Source: a virus (lineage: Duplodnaviria; Heunggongvirae; Uroviricota; Caudoviricetes). From it: DNA of 18,918 nt. Position numbers and translations under genes: made by a program. Positions 1 through 7,979 of the stretch are shown one piece after another. The stretch lies in the IMG/VR virus record IMGVR_UViG_2698536485_000019, positions 1 through 18,918 of that record, one strand, 5' to 3'. Each line of letters starts with the position of its first letter. The first letter of the stretch is position 1. The notes under the pieces were generated by a model. It saw nothing but the letters and a program-made list of their open reading frames with translations, did not search any database and had not been told where the DNA came from.

Positions 1-225
1 TCGCTTACCTTGTTCGCCTTCGAATATATACACGCTTGTGAATTTGTTAGGGCTAATTGTTTGTTTATTTTCAACTTTTTGCATTGAAGGAAGTTGAATC
101 ACCCCACGCTTTGCCAGACGTTCTATTGATATTCTGACATTACCGTGTTGGCTTCCCACCAACTCAGCGATTTCAATGCTTGTCATTTTGATGGCATTGC
201 TATTTATCAGCTCATTCATTGTCAT
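1..225 (-). CDS. Phage regulatory protein, Rha/AntA-like N-terminal domain (partial; 3' end runs off the window)
   Basis: Minus-strand ATG at 225..223 preceded by AGAGGA; translation MTMNELINSNAIKMTSIEIAELVGSQHGNVRISIERLAKRG resembles N-terminal domains of phage Rha/AntA-type regulators (from memory). Reading frame is open to the window edge. Confidence 0.45.
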   Translation of the reverse strand, partial: MTMNELINSNAIKMTSIEIAELVGSQHGNVRISIERLAKRGVIQLPSMQKVENKQTISPNKFTSVYIFEGEQGKR

Positions 226-293
226 GTCCTCTCACATTGAAAATTCAGCAATAAAAAACCCAGCCGAAGCTGGGTTTGTTAAGTTGTCAATTG

Positions 294-1028
294 TCAGTAG
301 CGATGCAGTGAAGGCGGCAACTCTTTGTTCTTAAGCCTTTCCCATGCCAGAAGGTTCGTCGGCCCGTCAGGCTCATAAATATCTATATCCCGCGTGTGAT
401 TAATTAAAACGCCCCTCGCCCTCCCGATGATATACGAGAACTCATAGCCGTAGTCGTGGCATATGCCGGAATAGCCAGACTGAATCAGTTTTAATGCGGG
501 ATACAACTCACGGAACAATGCCTGTGAGCGGTTGGCATAATCCCACAGCCATACAAGGCTGTCTGTTTCTTTTGCGGAAAGCCCGTTGAGCTTCTTCTCT
601 TGTTTGCCAGTATTTTTCTCGCACTGGCTGAAATAGCAGTCTTCCAGTTTTTCGAACACATCCCACGCCTGATCAGTTTCGAGCATTTTTGCGTGACGGG
701 CTGCGCCTCGTTCTGTCCAGAGTATGAGGGAGCGGGCTTTCGGGGAAATTTGTAACCCTCTTAAAGATGGTTGCAAATTTTGTGAGTTACTTAAAGTAAC
801 CCGCAAATTTTGTGAGTAGTTTAAAGCTACCCGCAATTCTTTAAGGTCATTACCAACAACTTTGAAAAAGTGTTTCCCTTCAACGAAGCGTACTTTGTTC
901 TCATGATGATTCTGGCGAATACGCACCGGCTCAGTGCCGTAAAGCTGCGCCAAAAGTTCGGTGGTAATAACAGGAATCTGGTTATGGGTGATCGGGGAGA
1001 GAGTTTCAACAGAAATTTGAGTTGTCAT
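294..1028 (-). CDS. Roi-like DNA-binding / antirepressor-like protein
   Basis: 244-aa ORF with RBS-like AGAGGG upstream of ATG at 1028. Position after ninE in the nin region and two-domain architecture with an internal repeat linker resemble Roi/antirepressor proteins of lambdoid phages; family assignment is from memory. Confidence 0.55.
   Translation of the reverse strand: MTTQISVETLSPITHNQIPVITTELLAQLYGTEPVRIRQNHHENKVRFVEGKHFFKVVGNDLKELRVALNYSQNLRVTLSNSQNLQPSLRGLQISPKARSLILWTERGAARHAKMLETDQAWDVFEKLEDCYFSQCEKNTGKQEKKLNGLSAKETDSLVWLWDYANRSQALFRELYPALKLIQSGYSGICHDYGYEFSYIIGRARGVLINHTRDIDIYEPDGPTNLLAWERLKNKELPPSLHRY
745..848. repeat. Tandem ~30-bp direct repeats (about 3.5 copies) inside the Roi-like coding region
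   Basis: Copies gcaaattttgtgagttacttaaagtaaccc (773-802) and gcaaattttgtgagtagtttaaagctaccc (803-832), with degenerate flanking copies; they encode the peptide repeats [10 protein letters not shown] / [10 protein letters not shown]. Confidence 0.7.
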
Positions 1029-1185
1029 AATGACGCCCTCTGGTGGTTTCTTAATAACTCACCACCGACGACGCCAATCGTCTGGTGGTGAACTGTGCAG
1101 GGTTGGCGTAACCGGGAAACCGACCGGCGCGGATCTCTCCGCCCCCACACAGCCCACCATAATTCAGATGTGCGCGTGCATACGA

Positions 1186-1211
1186 CAATAAAAAACACGC
1201 TCGCGGCGTGT
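1186..1211 (-). terminator. Rho-independent terminator downstream of ninE
   Basis: Minus-strand hairpin ACACGC-CGCGA-GCGTGT followed by TTTTTTATTG, in a 270-bp gap with no credible ORF. Confidence 0.55.
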
Positions 1212-1302
1212 ATCTGTCGCGGTCTCTATCCAGGACGCCAATCCCGACGCCAGATTTTGCTGGCGCGTGAGGAATATAGCCCCGAATAAATCATCGCGTC
1301 AA

Positions 1303-1485
1303 TCACCTTGTTTTCCTCGCACGATGTCTTAGCCACCGGATATCCCACAGGTGAGCCGTGTAATTGAAGGTTTTTACGTCAGATTCTTTTGGGATTGGCT
1401 TGCGTTTATTTCTGGAGCGTTTCGTTGGAAGGTATTTGCAGTTTTCGCAGATGATGTCGGTGATACTTCGTCGCTGTCGCCTCAT
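1303..1485 (-). CDS. ninE: NinE protein
   Basis: 60-aa translation [60 protein letters not shown] matches lambda NinE as I recall it; its ATG overlaps the upstream gene's stop (ATGA). Confidence 0.8.
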   Translation of the reverse strand: MRRQRRSITDIICENCKYLPTKRSRNKRKPIPKESDVKTFNYTAHLWDIRWLRHRARKTR

Positions 1486-2009
1486 GCCGCCCTCCTGACG
1501 CCCTGCCCGATCGCCATCAATGCCGCTTTGGATACAGTAGTAAACATTCGTCGAGGACTGATGAACGGTCGCCAAATCAGCAGCATGGAGCCTTTGCTGT
1601 TTCCCTTCTTCTCCAGCCCTGTCGATGGTTCGATAAAATTAATCCGTCCATCAGTGATGATGCGAACTTCGTCAACACTCTCCAGAGCCTTGCTGAACCA
1701 TCCGACTGACATATCCTCTGGCACAAGCATAACTACCGTCTGTCGCTGTTGTATGCACTGCTCAGCGGCTTTTTCCACCCACGGCCTGATATTGCTGTAC
1801 GGTGGGTTATTCCAGATTGCACCGTGGCTTACCCACTCAGAATTGAGCGCGTCGTCGGCCTCAGTTAGCCAGTGAGCGCACAGAGCATTTTTGTCGCTCG
1901 CAGCTGAATCCAGCCAGAATCCAAACTCAATATCCAGCGCATCAAAAAGCCAAAGCGGCGTTTGCCAGCAGTCCTTGTCGTGTGCTGGTGTATTTGATTT
2001 GATAGTCAT
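1482..2009 (-). CDS. Phage DNA N6-adenine methyltransferase (Dam-like)
   Basis: 175-aa ORF with the amino-methyltransferase motif IV NPPY ([10 protein letters not shown]); start overlaps the ninB stop (ATGA); sits at the ninC position of the nin region. Confidence 0.75.
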   Translation of the reverse strand: MTIKSNTPAHDKDCWQTPLWLFDALDIEFGFWLDSAASDKNALCAHWLTEADDALNSEWVSHGAIWNNPPYSNIRPWVEKAAEQCIQQRQTVVMLVPEDMSVGWFSKALESVDEVRIITDGRINFIEPSTGLEKKGNSKGSMLLIWRPFISPRRMFTTVSKAALMAIGQGVRRAA

Positions 2010-2458
2010 GCAGCCCTACCTTTTCGTTGTGACCATTCATACTCTCGCCGGGAGTCATCACTCCACCGCACGTTGCGCTCTGAGCCGAACCAAAACATGA
2101 TTTCGATAAGCTCAGTCATGCTGGCCTTTCGCATTTTGCTGGTACGCACGCCAAGCATGACAACGCCACCATCGATACCAGGCACACTTCGTTGCTCCAG
2201 TTTTTTGGTCTTAAGCCACAGGGCAGTGAACAGGTCTTTCCAGTCCTCCGGCGCAAGTCTCTGTCCATGCCAAAGCACCTGACGTGATACGTCCTGCAAT
2301 AACGCCCACATAAGGCGGTTTTGAGGATTGCTCCGCTTTGGTTCTTTAATGTGGACTTCGTGAGGTGACTTGTCGTCGATCGGAAGTGAGAGTATTGCGT
2401 CTATGGCGTTGTTTCTGATTGCTTCGTTGCGAAGCATGTATATTTGCTTCATTGTCAC
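2006..2458 (-). CDS. ninB: NinB (Orf-family recombination protein)
   Basis: 150-aa ORF; motifs ...NPQNRLMWALLQDVSRQVLWHG... and C-terminal ...[20 protein letters not shown] resemble lambda NinB (from memory). Confidence 0.8.
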   Translation of the reverse strand: MTMKQIYMLRNEAIRNNAIDAILSLPIDDKSPHEVHIKEPKRSNPQNRLMWALLQDVSRQVLWHGQRLAPEDWKDLFTALWLKTKKLEQRSVPGIDGGVVMLGVRTSKMRKASMTELIEIMFWFGSERNVRWSDDSRREYEWSQRKGRAA

Positions 2459-2459
2459 C

Positions 2460-2666
2460 TCAACTCACAAAACGCCACGCCATTTTTGCTACAGCGACAG
2501 GCGCAACACCGATAATCACCCACAGGAAAATGCTACCGAAAAGCACACCAACCAGGTCTTTACCTTCGCCTACCAGCCGGACAAAACTGCTGGCAACCAC
2601 AATGAACGTCGCCACCATCCACATAGCACCGAGAATCCTCAATGCAGAAAAAATCAACTCAACCAC
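2460..2666 (-). CDS. Small membrane protein (two predicted hydrophobic helices), function unknown
   Basis: 68-aa ORF with GTG start at 2666 preceded by GGGGGAGAG; strongly hydrophobic translation (MWMVATFIVVASSF..., VLFGSIFLWVIIGVAPVAVA). Confidence 0.45.
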   Translation of the reverse strand: MVELIFSALRILGAMWMVATFIVVASSFVRLVGEGKDLVGVLFGSIFLWVIIGVAPVAVAKMAWRFVS

Positions 2667-2687
2667 GATTTACTCTCCCCCAAATAA

Positions 2688-2715
2688 AAAGGCCTGCGAT
2701 TACCAGCAGGCCTTT
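2688..2715. terminator. Perfect 10-bp stem hairpin at the 3' end of the HNH endonuclease gene (terminator-like, possibly bidirectional)
   Basis: aaaggcctgc (2688-2697) / gcaggccttt (2706-2715), 8-nt loop; T-run on the plus side (tatctgttttt) and TTATTTG on the minus side. Confidence 0.5.
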
Positions 2716-3325
2716 ATCTGTTTTTAACACGCTTTCGAGTCCTTTTAGATTTTTCCTTAAGATATTCCGCAAGTTTATCCTCATCATTATTAAATTGAGA
2801 TAAAAGCTCATGCTCGCAATTAAGTGCTTTACTCGCATAAGTTCCATATAGTTTCTTTCTTGCTAGTGCTGCTATGAATGCTGCATCTTCTTTGCTATCG
2901 AAATACCCTAACGATATTGTCTTATTTTTATAACCAACATAAGACTTCCACCTGCCAGTTGGCTTATACCAAGACACTCCAATTGCACCGGATGTGTTTA
3001 ATCTATTCCCTACAATGTTTCTTGCATTCTGCTCTTCTGTTGCCAGTCTTAGGTTTGAAATCCTATTGTCAAGTCTGTTCCCATTTACATGATCAATAAA
3101 CTTAGGAGGCCATTTTTTGTATACATAGAACCAAGCAAGTCTATGCGCCTTATACAAAACATTATTTATACTAATGCATATATAACCACCACTAACACCT
3201 CCAGCAATACTACCTTTTACTCTTACTACTGAATTTGTTTTTAGCCATTTAAATATTCCTGTTTCTGAGTCATATGATAATGTTGACAGAAGCTCATCGT
3301 GATCAATTAGTTTTTTTATTCGCAT
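2714..3325 (-). CDS. Free-standing HNH homing endonuclease with AP2-type DNA-binding domain
   Basis: 203-aa ORF; HNH motif IDHVNGNRLDNRISNLRLATEEQNARN and AP2-like segment GVSWYKPTGRWKSYVGYKNKTISLGYFDSKEDAAFIAA. The ~700-bp region is visibly AT-rich relative to its neighbours. Confidence 0.75.
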   Translation of the reverse strand: MRIKKLIDHDELLSTLSYDSETGIFKWLKTNSVVRVKGSIAGGVSGGYICISINNVLYKAHRLAWFYVYKKWPPKFIDHVNGNRLDNRISNLRLATEEQNARNIVGNRLNTSGAIGVSWYKPTGRWKSYVGYKNKTISLGYFDSKEDAAFIAALARKKLYGTYASKALNCEHELLSQFNNDEDKLAEYLKEKSKRTRKRVKNR

Positions 3326-3403
3326 AAAGAATATACTTAATAATATATACAGTAAGAACCATTAGTAACGATAACCCTGCTATTAGCTCAGTGATGTAGA
3401 TGG

Positions 3404-3673
3404 TCATTGCTTCATCTCCCTTTCCATTTCATCAATGTCAACGTCATCAGGAAGATGGGAGCAATACGCCGCTATACCATGATGATTTATCTCATACCCT
3501 TTGAACGTTACCATCTGGTGCGTAATCTCAACTTCGTTCAGGAATCCGTCATCGCATAACTGCCTGGCTATTTTCGATTTGGTCTGGATTATTGGTAGTG
3601 CCTGTTCTTTCAAAGCGCATGATATTTGTGCATCCCATGCCTTTTCGAGAATAGCTAATTGTTTTTTATTCAT
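3404..3673 (-). CDS. Hypothetical nin-region protein
   Basis: 89-aa ORF whose ATG (3673..3671) overlaps the helicase stop (ATGA); no family recognised. Confidence 0.45.
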   Translation of the reverse strand: MNKKQLAILEKAWDAQISCALKEQALPIIQTKSKIARQLCDDGFLNEVEITHQMVTFKGYEINHHGIAAYCSHLPDDVDIDEMEREMKQ

Positions 3674-6063
3674 ACGTCAGCCCCTTGTGCATATCGTCTG
3701 CCACGCGCAGCAGGTGCATTTGATGCTGTGCAAATCTGTCTGGCTTCATCCTGGTCACATGCAACAAAGTGTCCGTTACAGAACCGCTGGTAAACCGTAC
3801 CAAGTGAGCCAAAACGGTTTTTCGTCACGATGATTTCAGCAAATGGCGCGGCGCTACTGTTCTCGTCATATACCGCTTCCCGATAGAGCATGATGATTGA
3901 GTCTGCGTCCTGTTCAATGCTTCCTGAATCACGCAAATCTGCGTTTGTCGGGCGTTTATTTGGTCGCTTCTCAACATCGCGCGAAAGCTGACTTAGGGAG
4001 ATAACTGGCGTTTTCAGGTCTTTCGCCATCGCCTTCAGGCTTCCGGAGATGTGAGCAATTGCGAGGTCGTTGCGGTCTGCTTTCGGCTTCTCAATCAGGC
4101 CAAGATAATCCGCCATGATGAGTGAGAGGTTTGGATTTTCCTGTTTGTGCCGTTCTGCGATTGAGCGTATTTCTTCGACCGATAACCGCGAGGCATCGAC
4201 TACCCATACATCCAAATCTGCAAGCTGACTCATGCCGTTAGCAACACGTGCCCAGCCTTCGTCATCCATCGATGCAGGATTTCGCAGTACGCTAACCGAC
4301 ATCCTCCCGGCGTTGGCAATGCTTCGCTCTGCAATCTGCAATGCGCTCATTTCCATTGAGAAAATCAATACCCCGCGCCGGACGTCAGAACCAGGAATAA
4401 CACGACTTGCAACGCCTTCGGCAATCTTCAGCGCCAGTTCCGTATTGTGCGTAACGATGTAATCCGTTGTCACATAGAGATGGCTAGGATGGCTTACCAT
4501 GATGCAGAGACACTCTTCTGGCTCAACAACTTCAACCGATTTGATACCCACACCAACGTCGCCAAGCCTGTTAATCCCGAGATTTTTGCGTAAACGTGGT
4601 GAGTGAATTTGCTCTATCAAAGATGATGGCAACTTCATGCTGACCATGTGTGCATCAAGTCCGTCGTGCTTCTCTCCTTTGTACGTGTAAACTATTCCCG
4701 TCCTGCTGGATTCTTTGGCGGTTCCACCTAAAGATCTAACAAGCCTTACTAATCCTTTAGCTAATTTCTGACTGGATGAACTAAAGCGGATGCATCCGGA
4801 CTTCTCAACCCAGCCATCTGTCTCGAGAAGGCCAGTTAAAACACCGGTACGTATTTCTTTGCTAGCACTAAAAATTTCTGCTGGGATTTCCTTCTCGGAC
4901 GCACCTTTCCCGATCACCCCAATGCCACGTAGTTTGTCCAATAGTGGGTTCTTCTGGCCTTTTTGGTTGCTTATCAAATAATCATTCTCTCCTACCTTAA
5001 CCAGTCGCAATGGTGCAATTGCATCACTCATGCGGCTCAGGACATATTCTTCCGAGTTGGTGAATTTGATGCCTTTTATCAACGAACCGTCACCAAGTAG
5101 AGCCCCAATAACCCAACCATCAAGGGGAATATTTTTACCAAAGTCTCCGGTCAAGGATGGCACTCTTATTCTTCCCTGATAACGTGTTTTTTGTAGCATC
5201 CCAGCCAGCGCATCAGTATCAACAACGCGTTTACCAGTAAATCTTGATGATGAAATTTCCCATAAGTGGTTGTCGGCACATTTCACGCTACGTCCGTCTT
5301 CAAAGGTGACTAAATATGTGAATTTCTTCCCTTGTGGGAAGACGCCAATTACCTCCGAAGGAAGCCCGTCTATTGACGCGATGCGATCGCCAATTTTGAC
5401 TTCTCCGTGAGTAGTCCAGGTGCCATCTGCAAGTAAAATCCCTTCGCTTAGCGCCATTGCTTTCCCCATACCAGGACGAGCAGCGATTATCACCAGGTCT
5501 TCTGCGTTCATCCCTCCGGTGATGGCGTCAAGTTCTTCGATTCCGGTCTTCAGGGTATCTGACTCTTCTCCGTTCCTCAGACGCCTGTCAAGCGTGTCAG
5601 TGTAGTCAGTGATGATTTCCCCTAACCGTACAGGTTTAACCTCGTCACGGGGCTTTCTGATGGCTGAGAGACGTTTTACAAGTTCATCCATCGCCTGACT
5701 CGATGCGTCGATGGTTCCGCTTTGGATTGGTTCACGCATTTCATCCATGATTTCCAGCACCAGACGGCGGTGATAGTTATCCGCGACCATTCCGGCATAT
5801 CCCTTCAGGTTTGCGGCACTCGGGCAGTTTTTGCTGGTCATCAGGATTGACGTGAAATGCTCCTCTCCGCACGCCTCGGCAACCATCAGCGCGTCGATTA
5901 GGTTTCTGTTTCGCGCCTGCTTACGGATAACCTCGAAGGCTTTCCGGTAGAGCGGAATTGAAAACGCCTCCGGCTCCAGCGTTGCCAGAACGTCGCTGGC
6001 AGTTGGCGTTAATCCACCAATCAGCAGGCCACCGATAACGCTCGCTTCGATATCCTGTCTCAT
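3670..6063 (-). CDS. DnaB-family replicative helicase (P22 gp12-like) interrupted by an intein
   Basis: 797-aa ORF. N-terminal domain with ...[18 protein letters not shown]..., Walker A AARPGMGK then a ~339-aa insertion, resuming [10 protein letters not shown]... with typical DnaB C-terminal motifs. Start overlaps the O-like gene stop (ATGA). Confidence 0.85.
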   Translation of the reverse strand: MRQDIEASVIGGLLIGGLTPTASDVLATLEPEAFSIPLYRKAFEVIRKQARNRNLIDALMVAEACGEEHFTSILMTSKNCPSAANLKGYAGMVADNYHRRLVLEIMDEMREPIQSGTIDASSQAMDELVKRLSAIRKPRDEVKPVRLGEIITDYTDTLDRRLRNGEESDTLKTGIEELDAITGGMNAEDLVIIAARPGMGKAMALSEGILLADGTWTTHGEVKIGDRIASIDGLPSEVIGVFPQGKKFTYLVTFEDGRSVKCADNHLWEISSSRFTGKRVVDTDALAGMLQKTRYQGRIRVPSLTGDFGKNIPLDGWVIGALLGDGSLIKGIKFTNSEEYVLSRMSDAIAPLRLVKVGENDYLISNQKGQKNPLLDKLRGIGVIGKGASEKEIPAEIFSASKEIRTGVLTGLLETDGWVEKSGCIRFSSSSQKLAKGLVRLVRSLGGTAKESSRTGIVYTYKGEKHDGLDAHMVSMKLPSSLIEQIHSPRLRKNLGINRLGDVGVGIKSVEVVEPEECLCIMVSHPSHLYVTTDYIVTHNTELALKIAEGVASRVIPGSDVRRGVLIFSMEMSALQIAERSIANAGRMSVSVLRNPASMDDEGWARVANGMSQLADLDVWVVDASRLSVEEIRSIAERHKQENPNLSLIMADYLGLIEKPKADRNDLAIAHISGSLKAMAKDLKTPVISLSQLSRDVEKRPNKRPTNADLRDSGSIEQDADSIIMLYREAVYDENSSAAPFAEIIVTKNRFGSLGTVYQRFCNGHFVACDQDEARQICTASNAPAARGRRYAQGADV
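4444..5460 (-). mobile_element. Intein with LAGLIDADG homing-endonuclease domain inserted at the helicase P-loop (GMGK | T)
   Basis: Helicase residues 202-540. Begins [14 protein letters not shown] (Ala, not Cys/Ser), block B ...[19 protein letters not shown]-like motifs [13 protein letters not shown] and [11 protein letters not shown], block [20 protein letters not shown], block G YIVTHN followed by +1 Thr, which restores GK-T of Walker A after excision. Confidence 0.75.
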
Positions 6064-7007
6064 GCAATCCCCCTGTCTGCAAACTTCCCTTCCCGGACTC
6101 CCGTTAACGAGTCTTCTCTCAGCAGGTAATCAAAATCTGCCGTCCAGCCCGTGTCGTTGTCTCCGAAGTAAAACGGCTTGGCCTGATGCACAAACGCCCT
6201 GACATACGCTCTGAAACCGTCCACGTTTGGCGTTTTCAGTTGCGGGATGATTTTCTTCAGGCGGCGTTTGCGTTTCTCGTTGACCGCAACAGCATGTGGA
6301 AGTCTGTCACCGACTTCGGTGTTGTAGGCGTTCAGGAAGGATTCGTAGTCGATTCGTTCTGCCTTGCGACGTTCAGGTTTAACCTGCCCATCGCCTCCCC
6401 CATTGGGGGGTAGGGGGGTATTATTTATATTCTTGTTAATACCTTCTTGTTCATGATGTGCGGTTGTTTGTGCGGCTTCATGTGCGCTTTCATGTGCGGC
6501 ATGTTCGCTGAAATCCGCGCCATTACTGGCTTCGTCATGTGCGGCATCATGTGCGGTCGTTTGTGCGGCTTCATGTGCGGGTGAATCGTCCATTTTTTGA
6601 GCATATTCATGGTAATTTGTGATGGTAATCACACGACCTTTTTGCTTCTCTCCATCAATGGTGATCATCCCCTCTTTCACAAAAACCTGAAGCATCCGCT
6701 CAACCTGATCGCGGCTTGCTGGCTTGCCATGCCTGTCGCATAACTGAAGACCTAAATCAGCTGCTGTCACAACCAGTTGACCGGGTTGCAGATGCCATTC
6801 ATGACCTTTGAAATTCGCTTTGTATGGCTTTCTGGTGGCATTCAGGAGAAGGTTTTCCCACAGGGTGCGAAGATAAACATCTTTCGCCCATGACTGTTTC
6901 AGAATGCTCCGGTACAACGGAATGTAACCAGTTTTCTGGTTCTCCATCCTGTTGCTCCTGCGCTCGTGTGCGGCGCTGAAATCGTAGATTTTTGCTGTAT
7001 TGCTCAT
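6060..7007 (-). CDS. Replication initiator, lambda O / P22 gp18-like, with iteron-containing origin inside the gene
   Basis: 315-aa ORF starting [10 protein letters not shown]... (P22 gp18-like N-terminus, from memory); the central His/Ala-rich repetitive segment is encoded by the iteron array; directly upstream of the helicase gene. Confidence 0.75.
   Translation of the reverse strand: MSNTAKIYDFSAAHERRSNRMENQKTGYIPLYRSILKQSWAKDVYLRTLWENLLLNATRKPYKANFKGHEWHLQPGQLVVTAADLGLQLCDRHGKPASRDQVERMLQVFVKEGMITIDGEKQKGRVITITNYHEYAQKMDDSPAHEAAQTTAHDAAHDEASNGADFSEHAAHESAHEAAQTTAHHEQEGINKNINNTPLPPNGGGDGQVKPERRKAERIDYESFLNAYNTEVGDRLPHAVAVNEKRKRRLKKIIPQLKTPNVDGFRAYVRAFVHQAKPFYFGDNDTGWTADFDYLLREDSLTGVREGKFADRGIA
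6418..6600. repeat. Putative replication origin: iteron array (about 7 copies of a (T/C)(A/T)TGTGCGG core at ~12-bp spacing) plus adjacent AT-rich segment
   Basis: Repeated catgtgcgg / tttgtgcgg units across 6445-6600; AT-rich stretch ggtattatttatattcttgttaatacc at 6418-6450 on the transcription-downstream side, as in lambda ori. Confidence 0.65.
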
Positions 7008-7009
7008 AA

Positions 7010-7282
7010 CTACCTGCCTTGACGAAAGACCTTAAGAACATCGTTAAACTGACTTACGGATATGTCTTCTTTGAGCAGCTTTTCCAGAAATGCGTTTGGA
7101 ATGAACGTATATCCCTCCTCTTTTGGTAGAGACGGGAGCAACGCCCTCGCCTCAGCCTTCAGAAGCTCAGTTCTGGCAACTTTCACAAAAGAGATTTGAG
7201 TTCTTTCATCAATGGAACGAAGGAAGCGCAAACGCTTAGCTTCTTTGTGTGTATCAGGTGGATTAAAGCCTTTGTTTCGCAT
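7010..7282 (-). CDS. Hypothetical small protein between cII and O
   Basis: 90-aa ORF from the internal ATG at 7282 (RBS GAGGT upstream); stop abuts the O-like start. The longer six-frame call would overlap cII. Confidence 0.5.
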   Translation of the reverse strand: MRNKGFNPPDTHKEAKRLRFLRSIDERTQISFVKVARTELLKAEARALLPSLPKEEGYTFIPNAFLEKLLKEDISVSQFNDVLKVFRQGR

Positions 7283-7304
7283 ATAATTACCTCGCTGGAT
7301 GTTG

Positions 7305-7604
7305 TTAAAATTCCATTTGTATTTGATCAGAACGCTCGGTCTTGCACACCGGGCGTTTTTTATTGGTGAGTCCATCAAGCGCATACTTAAAAGCCCTGCT
7401 AATCGGACTGATGTCTGATGCCATTCCGAAAGCACACAAGACCGAAGCAATAAACCTCCAGTCCGTTCTGCTTATCTTCGATTCATGACAGCCAATCATC
7501 TTTGCCAGACCGCGCTGGGTAAGCGTTGACAGGTTGATGAGTAAATCTGTTTCTGCGCGATCAATTTCTCGCTGTGTTAGCTTGCTGTAACTTGCTTGTG
7601 CCAT
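7305..7604 (-). CDS. cII: CII-family transcriptional activator (P22 C1-like)
   Basis: 99-aa ORF ending ...NKKRPVCKTERSDQIQMEF, like the lambda CII C-terminus ...NKKRPAATERSEQIQMEF (from memory); sits downstream of cro and nutR. Confidence 0.8.
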   Translation of the reverse strand: MAQASYSKLTQREIDRAETDLLINLSTLTQRGLAKMIGCHESKISRTDWRFIASVLCAFGMASDISPISRAFKYALDGLTNKKRPVCKTERSDQIQMEF

Positions 7605-7628
7605 TTGTTAATTTTCCTATATTGATAT

Positions 7629-7657
7629 ATAGCGGCACACCCAGTGGATTTGCCGCT
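7629..7657 (-). terminator. tR1-like hairpin between nutR and cII
   Basis: 7-bp stem agcggca / tgccgct with a 13-nt loop, followed on the minus strand by AUAUAU; weak as an intrinsic terminator, lambda tR1 is Rho-dependent. Confidence 0.3.
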
Positions 7658-7664
7658 GATGTTT

Positions 7665-7706
7665 GCTCACCCGGTTAGAGGTGAAAGGCCAGAACTGTTA
7701 AAGAGC
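7665..7706 (-). promoter_or_regulatory. nutR (boxA + boxB)
   Basis: Minus-strand boxA GCTCTTTAACA (7706..7696) and boxB hairpin TCACCTCTAACCGGGTGA (7684..7665); same boxA and loop CTAACC as the nutL copy. Confidence 0.7.
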
Positions 7707-7713
7707 AATTTAC

Positions 7714-7899
7714 TTATGCCGCTTGGCGGTAAGCACTTTCTTGATACTTCAGGGCGCCAGCTGTAACGATTTCCAATCGATAGGCGTCTTTCTCTGGGAT
7801 AACTTCTTTCCACTGAGAGACTGCTGCATCGCTAATGCCTAGTGCTTTAGCAACAGCACGCTGGGTTCCGAAGTGGTCAATAACATCTTTTTTGTACAT
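7714..7899 (-). CDS. cro: Cro repressor (P22-type)
   Basis: 61-aa translation MYKKDVIDHFGTQRAVAKALGISDAAVSQWKEVIPEKDAYRLEIVTAGALKYQ... matches P22 Cro as I recall it; divergent from the repressor gene. Confidence 0.85.
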   Translation of the reverse strand: MYKKDVIDHFGTQRAVAKALGISDAAVSQWKEVIPEKDAYRLEIVTAGALKYQESAYRQAA

Positions 7900-7913
7900 A
7901 GACTCGCTCCGAA

Positions 7914-7979
7914 ATTAAAGAACACTTAAATTATCCACCAAAGGATTCTTAAGTCAAGTTTATTTAAGATGTCTTAACT
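7914..7979. promoter_or_regulatory. OR region: three 18-bp operators (7914-7931, 7937-7954, 7962-7979) with PR and PRM
   Basis: Three sites fitting ANTNAAG-N4-CTTNANT (attaaagaacacttaaat, accaaaggattcttaagt, atttaagatgtcttaact). PR on the minus strand: -35 TTGACT (7957..7952), 17-bp spacer, -10 ATAATT (7934..7929). Confidence 0.7.

Noticed and set aside
1095-1289. Plus-strand 64-aa ORF in the ninE-roi intergenic gap
   Set aside because: It has no RBS, an Arg-rich low-complexity translation, opposite orientation to all neighbouring genes, and overlaps the predicted terminator hairpin.
1351-1875. Plus-strand 174-aa ORF and similar antisense ORFs (e.g. 827-1009, 4232-4462, 5420-5605, 14596-15106)
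   Set aside because: These lie antisense to, or out of frame within, strongly supported genes (Dam, helicase, Roi-like, Ead-like) and are typical shadow ORFs.
3340-3365. LexA-box-like sequence ctgtatatattattaag upstream of the HNH endonuclease gene
   Set aside because: The second half-site does not match ACAG of the CTGT-N8-ACAG consensus; it is more likely just AT-rich promoter DNA.
3296-3398. Possible 34-aa hydrophobic mini-ORF ([34 protein letters not shown]) on the minus strand upstream of the HNH gene
   Set aside because: It is very short, has no convincing RBS, overlaps the HNH start in another frame, and lies in AT-rich DNA where hydrophobic codons arise by chance.
6392-6415. G-rich near-palindrome as a possible G-quadruplex or separate regulatory element
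   Set aside because: It lies within the O-like coding sequence (encoding PPNGGGDG) next to the iterons; it is folded into the origin finding rather than called as a separate feature.
6440-6600. Short direct repeats that could be mistaken for a CRISPR array
   Set aside because: Period is ~12 bp with no unique spacers, and the array lies inside the O-like initiator ORF next to an AT-rich stretch; it is an iteron origin, not CRISPR.
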